A DNA stretch of 64,000 nt, from positions 16,740,001-16,804,000 of the forward strand of contig JBHGNT010000016.1 of assembly GCA_043228905.1 (NCBI GenBank), in the 5' to 3' direction. The position numbers and the translations under genes were made by a program. Source of the DNA: Azolla caroliniana (taxonomy: Eukaryota > Plantae > Polypodiophyta). Under the pieces are notes generated by a model. It saw only the letters and a program-made list of their open reading frames with translations, had not been told where the DNA came from and ran no database searches. The number at the start of each line of letters is the position of its first letter. The stretch's first letter is position 1. Below, piece by piece: positions 26,801 to 36,867 of the stretch.

Positions 26801-27872
26801 CTTCATGACCGATCAAGAGTACCACAAGACGCAGGCCGATCACTGCGTGTTTGTGAAGAAGTTCGAAGGAGGGGACTTCCTGATACTCCTCCTGTACGTG
26901 GATGACATGTTGATCGTCAGACGAGACCAAGGCAAAATACGGATGCTGAAGAAGGCTCGCAACCGGACCTTCTCAATGAAAGACTTGGGTCCGGCAAGAC
27001 AGATGTTGGGGATGCACATCATTCGGGACCGGTCAGTGAAGCAATTATGGCTGTCACAGGAGAAGTATGTGACAAAGGTGCTTCACCGGTTCAACATGTC
27101 AGAAGCAAAACCGGTCGGATCGACACTTCCGGCAAATTGCAAGCTGTCTGGTAACCAAAGCCCGAAGACGAAAGCAGAGAAGGCTGATATGATGAAGATT
27201 CCATATGCCTCTGCCGTCGGGAGCTTGATGTACGCAATGGTCTGTACTCGACCGGACATTGGATACGCAGTCGGAGTGGTGAGCCGGTTTATGAGCAATC
27301 CCGGCAAAGAGCACTGGAACGCGGTCAAGTGGATACTCCGGTATTTGAAGGGCACTTCCAATATGTGTCTCCGATTCGGCTCAGGAAAACCTCAACTGGA
27401 CGGTTTCACCGATTCGGGCATGTCGGCTGATGTGGATACCTGCCGGTATACATCCGGGTATGTGTTGACATATGCAGGGGGAGCTGTTTCGTGGCAGTCG
27501 AGGCCGCAGAAGACAGTTGCATTGTCAACCACAGAGGCGGAGTACATGGTGGCTGTGGAAGCCGGCAAGGAAATTTTATGGATGAAGGACTTCATCGGAG
27601 AGCTCGGTATATGGCAAGAGGAATACCGACTCTACTGCGACAGTCAAAGTGCCATCCACCTTGCTAAAAATGCAGCCTACCATTCCCGGACGAAGCATAT
27701 CCAGCGGAGGTATCACTGGATCCGGGAAAGAGTAGATGACCAGGAGTTCGCACTGACGAAGATCCACACGGCCGAGAACGGGTCAGATATGCTGACCAAA
27801 GTGCTGACACCCGACAAGCTGGATGCATGCCGGAAGAGAATCGAACTGGTAAGACACCCCATGCCGGAGTGA
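23824..27872 (+). pseudogene. Copia gag-pol polyprotein with a nonsense codon in the zinc knuckle and a frameshift before protease
   Basis: ORF 23824-24540 ends CFYCGKP*H (G in the sister element). ORF 24687-27872 is in another frame and carries VDSGAS, HTDV, DNGGEY, YVDDM and RNase H. Confidence 0.9.
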
Positions 27873-27942
27873 AGGGGGAGTTTGTTGGGAGACAGGTCCC
27901 TCTGGATGGGAAGGGAGAAGATCACTGCCGATACGGTATGAA

Positions 27943-28246
27943 CCGGATGGTGCAGGCCCGGAATGAACCGGATGAGGAGTACTCGGCTACGGAGAGCCGA
28001 ATGGTACAGGCCCGGTATGAACCGGATGAGGAGTACTCGGCTACGGAGAGCCGGATGGTGCAGGCCCGGTATGAACCGGATGAGGAGTACTCGGCTACGG
28101 AGAGCCGGATGGTGCAGGCACGGTATGAACCGGATGAGGAGTACTCGGCTACGGAGAGCCGAATGGTACAGGCCCGGTATGAACCGAATGAGGAGTACTC
28201 GGCTACGGAGAGCCGGATGGTATAGGCCTGGTATGAACCGGATGAA
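27943..28246 (+). repeat. 54-bp tandem repeat in 3' LTR (5 full units plus partial)
   Basis: Same unit as 23136-23330; the 3' LTR is exactly 108 bp longer than the 5' LTR. Confidence 0.95.
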
Positions 28247-31200
28247 GAGACATATTCGTAAATATGTTTCTGAGAGCCCATCGAGGCTACTTTTTTGTAA
28301 ATAGCCGAAAAGTCATATTAGTATAAATGTGACTTAGGGCAAACTTTTAGAAATAGTTGTTGTTGTTGTCATTCTTCCTTGTTGGTGCAAGAAGAAGAGA
28401 GAGTGCGTAACTGTACAGAGAGAGAGAGACGAGGTCGTTGCCTCTGTTGTAACCGCCGCCTATGGCGAAGAGCGTGAGTCCGAGGTCGTTGCCTCCGTGA
28501 ACTCACTGTCTTGTACATTCATACATAGTGACAGTTTGCAGTCTATGGGCTGCCGTGGTTTTTCCCTTAGTTTGGGGGTTTTTCCATGTAAACCTCCTGT
28601 GTACCATTTCTCTTCTCTGTGTCGTGTTTTATTTCCCGTTTTTCTATGTATGAAAAGAAACTCGGTTGTGGTCGAGCGTTGCGCATAAGGAGCTAGGAGT
28701 TCCCGTCACACGGTCGATTGGGGCGTCATTATGGGACCGGCGTTACGTGAAGGCTTGCACGCATATCAAGGCGGAAAAAAGCTAAGGCCTATCATACAAC
28801 AGTATCTGACGATACTATTCCCACCTTGAGGTCTGCCGGCACCACAGCTCAGCAAACCCACACCGCCGCCACACTCCGCGAAGCGAAGGTTAGTGGAGTT
28901 GGCCAACACAAAGTGGGAGGATGAACCCCAATCCGCCCAGCCCAACACGCGAACAACACAGGAAGAGCAGGCGGAGCGCAGCGAGGAAGCTGCACAGGAG
29001 CCAGAAGCCGAGCCAAGTCAAGGGACCCTAGGCCGAAACGCCAACGGCTGGACAAGAAAGATGGGCACGGATTAGTTAAAGACACACTCACGGCCACAGA
29101 GACGACAACCGTGGTCAACAGCCTCGTAACTACGGAGCCCAACACCACCTTCGAAATAATCCGGGAACCATGGCCGATCATTACAGCCCAGTCAAAGTGG
29201 GGGAAGGGCGTATTTACGATGGAAAGCGAGGTCCTGGCATATCCGGACATTCCGGACACAGCCCATGAGTTCGACGCACTATTACAGTTCAGAACCACTT
29301 TTGAACTCATGGAATTTTTGGCATCACAACAAATAAAAGTCTCACAATGAATGGTCGAGGAACACGCAGAGCGCCAAATGATTGAGCGCACGCTAACACA
29401 AACGGCGGAAAGCGATGATGAGGAGCAGTTAGCTAGAGTCGGCAGACAGCGGAATGCCAATATACGCCGAATGGGGAAGGAACTACCCCCATTAAACGCG
29501 GCCCTTGTCGAAGTTCATAGGGAACTGGCGAAGGTCAGTATGGGCGCCAAGGATATGGTGATTAAAAACAAAAATGTGTGGAAGACTGTTAAATGGACCC
29601 AAGTCGAGTTACAAAAGGCCAACGCACGCATTGCGGAGTTGGAACGTAACGCAACTACGGCACAGTAGGCAGCTGAACCAACAGTCAACGCTGTTGAGAC
29701 CTTGAGAGAAGAAATTGAGGCCCAGACCACCATTGCCTCAAAAGAAAAACGGGTCGTGCAACTGGCGGAATCAGAGATTGACGATCTCAGCTCCAAACTT
29801 CGCCAGTCCTCGGATGGAGAAAAGGATATCCGGGCCAACGGCCAAAAGGTAGTGAGGACCCTTGAAGAGAAACTCGCAGCGGAGGCAGCACAGCACACTC
29901 GGACGAAGGAAGAAAACACCCAAATACGAGAGGAAACGAAAAAATCGAAAACAGCGATTGTGGGACTCTAGGCCTTATTGGAGAAGAAAAAAGTATGGTT
30001 TGACGAGCAGCTTCTAGGGGAACAAGAGAGAAGGCACCAGCTCGAAATCCACCTGAACAATGAAATGGGAAAGCTGGAAGAATTACATTCAAAGAAATCT
30101 CAGCTATGGGCAGGAATGAGGAGCACTTATGAAGAAGCGACGGCGGTTAGTAAACAAGAAATCGAAAACCTCAAGAAAACCGTAGAAGAAGCATGCAACC
30201 GTTGCCAAGCAATAACCGACGATGTGCGCATACTTCTTCAAACAAATCGGGAGAGATTTACGGTGCAATTAAAACCGGTGCTAGACAAAGGCTGGATGGC
30301 GTGGGCCGCACAAGCGGCGGAATTGCATACATACCGGACAGACTGGGAGAACTGAAGGAAAGACGGCCGAGGGTTCTACAAACTCAATGAAGAAAGCATT
30401 GCGGTCGTACGCGAGGACCTAGCGCAGGACTATCGCACGCTAGAGGACCAACACTCTGAGGAACTCGCGTAGCTACTAGACGATTTTGGCGAAAGTCAGG
30501 AGGACCTATTTCACCAGATCGTGCAAGCCGGAAGCACGCGAACAAAAGAGGAATCCATCGCGATACCAATCCCCGATACTGCCGACCAAGAGGAACCTCA
30601 ACCCATGTCATCGAAAATAACCACTCCAGTGGACAGCACGGAACGGCAAGTGGAGCCCCCCGCGACACTAGAAAGCGAAACCACCATCCAATAGGAACCC
30701 CAGCCCCATTCACCAGGGCGTACGACTACGGCCGACACCTCAAAGGAAGTTACGAACGAGACAGAACCTCGACCTACCGCAAGCCCGCCGACACCGGAAC
30801 CAACCACAATAGCACAAGATGAGCCCGCAGAGCCCGGACCGCCCACACAAGAAACCAACGACACTAGGAGAAGTCCTACCCATCAAGTAATGGAACCACG
30901 CAACGACGCGCCTACGGACATACGCTATCCCCGAACCCGGACACCCGAGCAGAACCAAACATCAAGGACATTTTGGAGGAAGATTAAAGGGGTGGGTCTG
31001 ACGTGCCATGGCACTGTCCCACAGGCATGCCAGGTGTTGTCCGCCGGAATAGTAACCGACGGACAGGGAGCGCAGAAATATAGAATATAGTATAAACCTA
31101 ACGCATGTAAACGGTTCACGCGGGAAGCGTGAACAGCTAAAAGACCATGTGTATATAAAGGGCAGAAATCCTCTGATACAGGTAGCGTGTAAATTTTGGT

Positions 31201-31515
31201 GCATAGAGCGTATCTTAATAGAGTTTTATCTTCTTTGATCACTTGCGCAAATCTATGGTTAATCTACTGTGTGTCTGTGATTCTTGGTGGCGTACTGTAA
31301 GCACTATAATCGTAAGAAACGTAGGCGTGAGTGCGAGTGTTGTGACTAGAGCACTGTCTAGGGAGTTCGGTTGTAGTCATCTCTCTTATACGCTACTAGG
31401 ATATGGAGAGTTATCTCGTTACGTATTACGGTATGACGGTACCATTCGTGGCAACGCAATCACCTTGAGGTCTAGGTCAAAGGACTGACTGAAGACCGTG
31501 TTCCTAATCGGTAAC

Positions 31516-34500
31516 TGTTGGGATTTCGGTCCCTCCGGATGGGATGTCCGAGGATGAATGACAGCAAGCCCGGTTGCGGTTACGGAGCCGGATGATGAAG
31601 ACCCCGGTTACGGAGCCGGATGATGAAGACCCCGGTTACGGAGCCGGATGACGAATGTACCCGGAGAGAGATCCGGATGCGGAGACATATTTGGGAATAT
31701 GTTTGCCAAGAGCCCTTGAGGCTATATTTGTAAATAGCCCGAAAGTCATATGTGTATAAATATGACTTAGGGCAAACAGTTAAGTTGTTGTTGCTCATTT
31801 TCTGTTTTCCACTAAGAGGGAGCGAAGTGAGAGCAGCCGAGAGAGAGTGAGAGAGAAGGAGGAAGGAAGAGGTCGACGCCTCTGTGTAATACCGCCACCT
31901 GTGGCGTTGACAGCGAGCTCAAGGTCATCGCCTTGCAGCTCGCCATTGTACATTCCCGCGTATAGTGATAGTTGGAGTCTTGCACTCCCGTGGTTTTTTC
32001 CCACTTAGGGTTTTCCACGTAAAACATCCAGTGTGCCCCTCTCTCTATTGTTTTTTCGTGCATTGTTGAATTTCCCGTTTTCTGTGAATCGATCCTGTTC
32101 CTCGGTTGTGGCTGAGCTCGGAATTCCGACAAAGTGGTATCAGAGCGACGGTAACACAGAAAATGGAAGGCGGCAGCAGCGGGCAGCCGGGGATGATGGT
32201 GCTGAATGCGCAGAACTACGCCGACTGGAAGATAAAGATGGAGGATCTGCTCATTGTTCGGGACCTGTATGAACCGATCGACAGGTCGGAAATACCCAAG
32301 GGGGTACTTGAGACGGAGTGGAGGCTTCTGAACCGGAAAGCCGTTGCAACCATTTTGCAATACGTCGACGTGAGCGTTCTACAACACGTGGCGAACGACA
32401 CCAACGCATATGAGATGTGGAGGAAGCTGTCGGGCCTCTACGAGAGGAAGAATGCGTTGAACCGGACCTCCCTGATGATAAAGATAGTGAACCTCAAGTA
32501 CCGGGACGGCGAGAGTATGGTGGAACACGTAAGCACGTTCATGGGATTCGTGAACCAGCTTGCGGCGATCAAGTTCCCGTTGGAGGATGCAATGCAAGCC
32601 ATCATCCTGATGTGTACATTGCCGGACAGCTGGGAGAACTTGGTGGTGACTCTCAGCACCTCCTGCGCCGAAGATAACTTGTCCCTACAAACGGTAAAGA
32701 CAAGTATTTTGAACGAAGAAGCGCGTTGGAGAGATAAAGAACCGGTCTCCGACTCGAAGGCGCTGCTTACCGAATCGGAACGGGGAAGACAATGGAACCG
32801 GAGTCCGCAAAGACGGGAGAAGTCGGGGACCCGGTCGCAGTCAAGAGGAAGACCCACATGCTTCCACTGTGGGAAGCCGGGGCACTTCCGGAAGAATTGT
32901 CGGCATTACCGAAAAGACAACAGAACCGACGACACCGATTCGAAGAAGTCACCGGAGAGAAACGGTGCATACCGGGGAGCCACGGACCGGAGAGGTCCGG
33001 ATCGGCGAGGGCAGGACCGGAAAGGAACGACGGCACTCGCGGCAAGTGAAGAGGAGATCATGCTCATCACTGAAGAAGGTGATCTAAACATTGCCGGCGA
33101 TGAGACTACCTGGGTGGTCGATTCCGGAGCGTCGTTCCACCTGACCCCGGAAAGCAGATACTTCTCATCCTACACAGCCGGTGAACATGGCTGTGTTCGG
33201 ATGGGAAATGAAGGTACGTGCCGGATTGCCGGCATAGGAGACGTATGGTTGACAACCCCGACCGGATGCAAAATGCTGCTGAAGGATGTCCGACACGTTC
33301 CGGAGGTTCGATTGAACCTGATTTCGGCCGGGAGGCTAGACGATGAAGGCTACACAGGTAGCATCCGGAACGGCGTAATGAAGTTCAGCAAGGGAAGCCT
33401 GATAGTGGCTCGGGCCCGGAAAGTCAACACACTGTACCTTATGAATGCCTGGTTGTGTCCGGAAGAGCTGAATGTGGCAGCCGACACTGCCGGTGAGCTG
33501 TGGCACAAAAGATTGTGCCACATGAGTGAGAAGGGGATGAAGGGGCTTGCAGAAGACAACCTTATTCCAGTAAAGCATGTGCACCTGGAGAAGTGCACCG
33601 ATTGCCTGGCCGGTAAGCAGAACCGAACCTCCTTCCACTCAAGGCCACCGACGAGACGTAGCGCACCATTGGAGTTGGTGCACACGGATGTGTGTCAGGT
33701 AGAAACGAAGTCACATGGCGGAGCCCAGTACTTCGTGACTTTCATTGATGATCACAGCCGGAAGCTGTGGACGGCACCGTTGAAGACAAAGGACCAAGTG
33801 TTGTCCGTCTTCAAAGAACTCCACGCGAGAGTGGAAAGGGAATCCGGCAAGAAGCTGAAAGCGATACGAGCGGATAACGGAGGGGAATACCGGGGGCAGT
33901 TCCAGGAGTACTGTCGCTCGAAGGGAATCCGGCTCGAGTTTACTGTGCCGAAGACGCCGGAACTAAACGGGCTGGCCGAGAGGATGAACCGGACCATAAT
34001 GGAGAGGGTCCGGAGTATGTTGGCGCATGCGAAATTACCCAAGGGGTTTTGGGCTGAGGCAATGTCGACGGCGACATACGTGATAAACAGATCACCCTCA
34101 GTACCTTTGGACGGAGACACACCGCAGAAAGTGTGGACCGGTAAGGAAGTGTCCTACCGGCATCTGAAGGTGTTCGGGTGTCTCGCATACGTGCATGTGG
34201 CAAAGGACCGGAGAGGAAAGCTAGATCCAAAGACCCGGCCATGCATATTCCTCGGTTACGGCGACGACGAGTTCGGCTACCGAGTATGGGACCCGGTCGA
34301 CAAGAAGATATTCAGGAGTCGAGACATCATCTTCATGGAGGACAAGACACTCGCCGACTGGGAGTCGGAGAAGAAGATGAAGAGCTCCAAGTCGACCGGT
34401 GAGGATCAACTCTACGAGGAGCAGTCCCGACCGGCAAGGGACCGGTTAACACTCGAGGATCCGGCCGAAGTCTATGAAGAAACAGAACCGGCCGAAGAAG

Positions 34501-36861
34501 ATGAAAATGATACCGGAACCGGCCCCGATCCCGAAATGGATTCGGATGAAGAAGAATCGGAAGAACCGGTTACCGAAGCTCCGGAACGGAGATATCCTCT
34601 AAGAGAGAGAAGGACCCCCTGGAGATTTCCGGAACCAGAGCACGTGCTGCTAACCGACGAAGGGGAGCCGGAGAGCTTTGAAGAAGCAAAGCATGACACC
34701 CAGAGCCGCAGGTGGTTGAGTGCCATGCAGGACGAGATGGATTCCCTGCATGAGAACCACACATATGAACTTGTGGAGTTGCCGAAAGGAAAGCGGGCAC
34801 TTCGAAACAAGTGGGTGTTCAAGCTGAAACCGGGAGATGCCGGAAACCCCCCGAGATACAAAGCCAGGATCGTGGTGAAGGGGTTTCAGCAGAAGAAGGG
34901 CGTCGACTTCGACGAGATATTCGCCCCGGTAGTGAAGATGACCTCCATCCGGACGGTGCTGAGCATAGCGGCAAGCATGGACCTCGAGGTAGAACAGATG
35001 GACGTGAAGACGACATTCCTTCACGGTGACCTCGAAGAAGAGATCTACATGCAGCAACCGGAAGGATTCGAGAAGAAAGGGAAGGAGCACCTGGTATGCC
35101 GGTTGAAGAAGAGCCTTTACGGACTGAAGCAGGCTCCCCGGCAATGGTACCGGAAGTTCGACTCCTTCATGACCGACGAAGGGTACCACAAAACGCAGTC
35201 TGATCACTGCGTGTTTGTGAAGAAGTTCGAAGGAGGAGACTCTCTAATACTCCTCCTGTACGTGGACGACATGTTGATCGTCGGACGGGACCAGGTCAAG
35301 ATACGGACGCTGAAGAAAGCGCTTCACCGAACCTTCTCAATGAAGGACCTGGGTCCGGCGAGGCAAATACTAGGGATGCACATCATCCGGGACCGGAAGA
35401 AGAAGCAGTTGTGGCTGTCACAGGAGAAGTACGTGACGAAGGTGCTTCACCGGTTCAACATGTCGGAAGCAAGACCGGTCGGGTCAACCCTCCCGGGAAA
35501 CTGCAAGTTGTCCAGCAAGCAAAGCCCCAAGACAAAGGCTGAGAAGGAGGACATGATGAAAGTACCATATGCCTCTGCCGTCGGAAGCTTAATGTACGCA
35601 ATGATGTGTACAAGACCGGACATAGGATATGCAGTTGGAGTGGTGAGCCGGTACATGAGCAATCCCGGCAAAGAGCACTGGAACGCGGTCAAGTGGATAC
35701 TCCGATACCTGAAGGGCACGGCAAACGTGTGCCTCCGATTCGGCTCCGGTAAGCCCGAATTCGACGGCTTTACCGATTCGGATATGTCGGCTGATGCAGA
35801 TACCAGCCGGTCCACATCAGGGTATGTGATGACGTATGCAGGTGGAGCTGTTTCGTGGCAGTCGAGGCTGCAGAAGACGGTTGCGTTGTCAACCACAGAG
35901 GCGGAGTACATGGCGGCTGTTGAAGCCGGCAAGGAAATAATATGGATGAAGGACTTCATTAGAGAGCTCGGTATCCAGCAGGAGGAGTACCGACTCTACT
36001 GCGACAGTCAGAGTGCCATCCACCTTGCGAAGAACGCGGCTTATCACTCCCGGACGAAGCACATCCAGCGAAGATATCACTGGATCCGGGAAAGGATAGA
36101 AGACAAGGAGTTCGTGCTGACGAAGGTCCACACGGACGAGAACGGGTCGGATATGCTAACCAAGGTGCTCACACCCGACAAGCTGGAAGCATGCCGGAAG
36201 AGGATCGGACTGGAGAGACATCCCATGCCGAAGTGAAGGGGGAGTTTGTTGGGATTTCGGTCCCTCCGGATGGGATGTCCGGGGATGAATGACACAAGCC
36301 CGGTTGCGGTTACGGAGCCGGATGATGAAGACCCCGGTTACGGAGCCGGATGATGAAGACCCCGGTTACGGAGCCGGATGACGAATGTACCCGGAGAGAG
36401 ATCCGGATGCGGAGACATATTTGGGAATATGTTTGCCAAGAGCCCTTGAGGCTATATTTGTAAATAGCCCGAAACTCATATGTGTATAAATATGACTTAG
36501 GGCAAACAGTTAAGTTGTTGTTGCTCATTTTCTGTTTTCCACTAAGAGGGAGCGAAGTGAGAGCAGCCGAGAGAGAGTGAGAGAGAAGGAGGAAGGAAGA
36601 GGTCGACGCCTCTGTGTAATACCACCACCTGTGGCGTGGACAGCGAGCTCAAGGTCGTCGCCTTGCAGCTCGCCATTGTAAATTCCCGCGTATAGTGATA
36701 GTTGGAGTCTTGCACTCCCGTGGTTTTTTCCCACTTAGGGTTTTCCACGTAAAACATCCAGTGTGCCCCTCTCTCTATTGTTTTTTCGTGCATTGTTGAA
36801 TTTCCCGTTTTCTGTGAATCGATCCTGTTCCTCGGTTGTGGCTGAGCTCGGAATTCCGACA
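31516..36861 (+). mobile_element. Intact, young Copia LTR retrotransposon
   Basis: LTRs 31516-32131 and 36247-36861 (about 7 differences by eye), TSD GTAAC, PBS TGGTATCAGAGC (32135-32146), PPT GAAGGGGGAG, 28-bp tandem repeats in U3. Confidence 0.97.
32163..36236 (+). CDS. Copia gag-pol polyprotein (capsid, CCHC, protease, integrase, RT, RNase H), uninterrupted
   Basis: Single ORF from the ATG just after the PBS: CFHCGKPGHFRKNC, VDSGAS, HTDV/DNGGEY/AERMNRT, YVDDM, FTDSD, TKHIQRRYHW. Confidence 0.95.
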   Translation: MEGGSSGQPGMMVLNAQNYADWKIKMEDLLIVRDLYEPIDRSEIPKGVLETEWRLLNRKAVATILQYVDVSVLQHVANDTNAYEMWRKLSGLYERKNALNRTSLMIKIVNLKYRDGESMVEHVSTFMGFVNQLAAIKFPLEDAMQAIILMCTLPDSWENLVVTLSTSCAEDNLSLQTVKTSILNEEARWRDKEPVSDSKALLTESERGRQWNRSPQRREKSGTRSQSRGRPTCFHCGKPGHFRKNCRHYRKDNRTDDTDSKKSPERNGAYRGATDRRGPDRRGQDRKGTTALAASEEEIMLITEEGDLNIAGDETTWVVDSGASFHLTPESRYFSSYTAGEHGCVRMGNEGTCRIAGIGDVWLTTPTGCKMLLKDVRHVPEVRLNLISAGRLDDEGYTGSIRNGVMKFSKGSLIVARARKVNTLYLMNAWLCPEELNVAADTAGELWHKRLCHMSEKGMKGLAEDNLIPVKHVHLEKCTDCLAGKQNRTSFHSRPPTRRSAPLELVHTDVCQVETKSHGGAQYFVTFIDDHSRKLWTAPLKTKDQVLSVFKELHARVERESGKKLKAIRADNGGEYRGQFQEYCRSKGIRLEFTVPKTPELNGLAERMNRTIMERVRSMLAHAKLPKGFWAEAMSTATYVINRSPSVPLDGDTPQKVWTGKEVSYRHLKVFGCLAYVHVAKDRRGKLDPKTRPCIFLGYGDDEFGYRVWDPVDKKIFRSRDIIFMEDKTLADWESEKKMKSSKSTGEDQLYEEQSRPARDRLTLEDPAEVYEETEPAEEDENDTGTGPDPEMDSDEEESEEPVTEAPERRYPLRERRTPWRFPEPEHVLLTDEGEPESFEEAKHDTQSRRWLSAMQDEMDSLHENHTYELVELPKGKRALRNKWVFKLKPGDAGNPPRYKARIVVKGFQQKKGVDFDEIFAPVVKMTSIRTVLSIAASMDLEVEQMDVKTTFLHGDLEEEIYMQQPEGFEKKGKEHLVCRLKKSLYGLKQAPRQWYRKFDSFMTDEGYHKTQSDHCVFVKKFEGGDSLILLLYVDDMLIVGRDQVKIRTLKKALHRTFSMKDLGPARQILGMHIIRDRKKKQLWLSQEKYVTKVLHRFNMSEARPVGSTLPGNCKLSSKQSPKTKAEKEDMMKVPYASAVGSLMYAMMCTRPDIGYAVGVVSRYMSNPGKEHWNAVKWILRYLKGTANVCLRFGSGKPEFDGFTDSDMSADADTSRSTSGYVMTYAGGAVSWQSRLQKTVALSTTEAEYMAAVEAGKEIIWMKDFIRELGIQQEEYRLYCDSQSAIHLAKNAAYHSRTKHIQRRYHWIRERIEDKEFVLTKVHTDENGSDMLTKVLTPDKLEACRKRIGLERHPMPK

Positions 36862-36867
36862 GTAACA

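Larger units (their letters stand above)
23076..28708 (+). mobile_element. Full-length Copia LTR retrotransposon, inactivated in gag
   Basis: LTRs 23076-23793 and 27883-28708 (TG..CA), TSD CACGG, tRNA-iMet PBS TGGTATCAGAGC (23796-23807), PPT GAAGGGGGAG (27871-27880). Confidence 0.97.
22697..30890 (+). pseudogene. Gypsy 3' extra ORF (22697-23075 joined to 28714-30890), split by a Copia insertion
   Basis: The frame rejoins across the TSD as ...DTFEGRT/VDWG...; downstream coiled-coil ORF pieces lie at 28893-30355; homologous to 15484-17842. Confidence 0.7.
11916..36867 (+). mobile_element. Non-chromoviral Gypsy LTR retrotransposon with a 3' extra ORF; degenerate; carries three nested insertions
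   Basis: The 5' LTR remnant 11916-12233 matches 31199-31515. PBS TGGCACGCTTGGTG at 12238. Order is gag, protease (IDGGS), RT (FLDDF), RNase H (DASD), integrase, extra ORF. The 3' LTR is ~31035-31515 with its last bases at 36862-36867. Confidence 0.9.

Noticed and set aside
27943-28246. CRISPR-like array or repeat protein (MVQARYEPDEEYSATESR)n
   Set aside because: Units are contiguous with no unique spacers and lie within LTR U3; the ORF follows from the 54-bp period and one unit has a stop.
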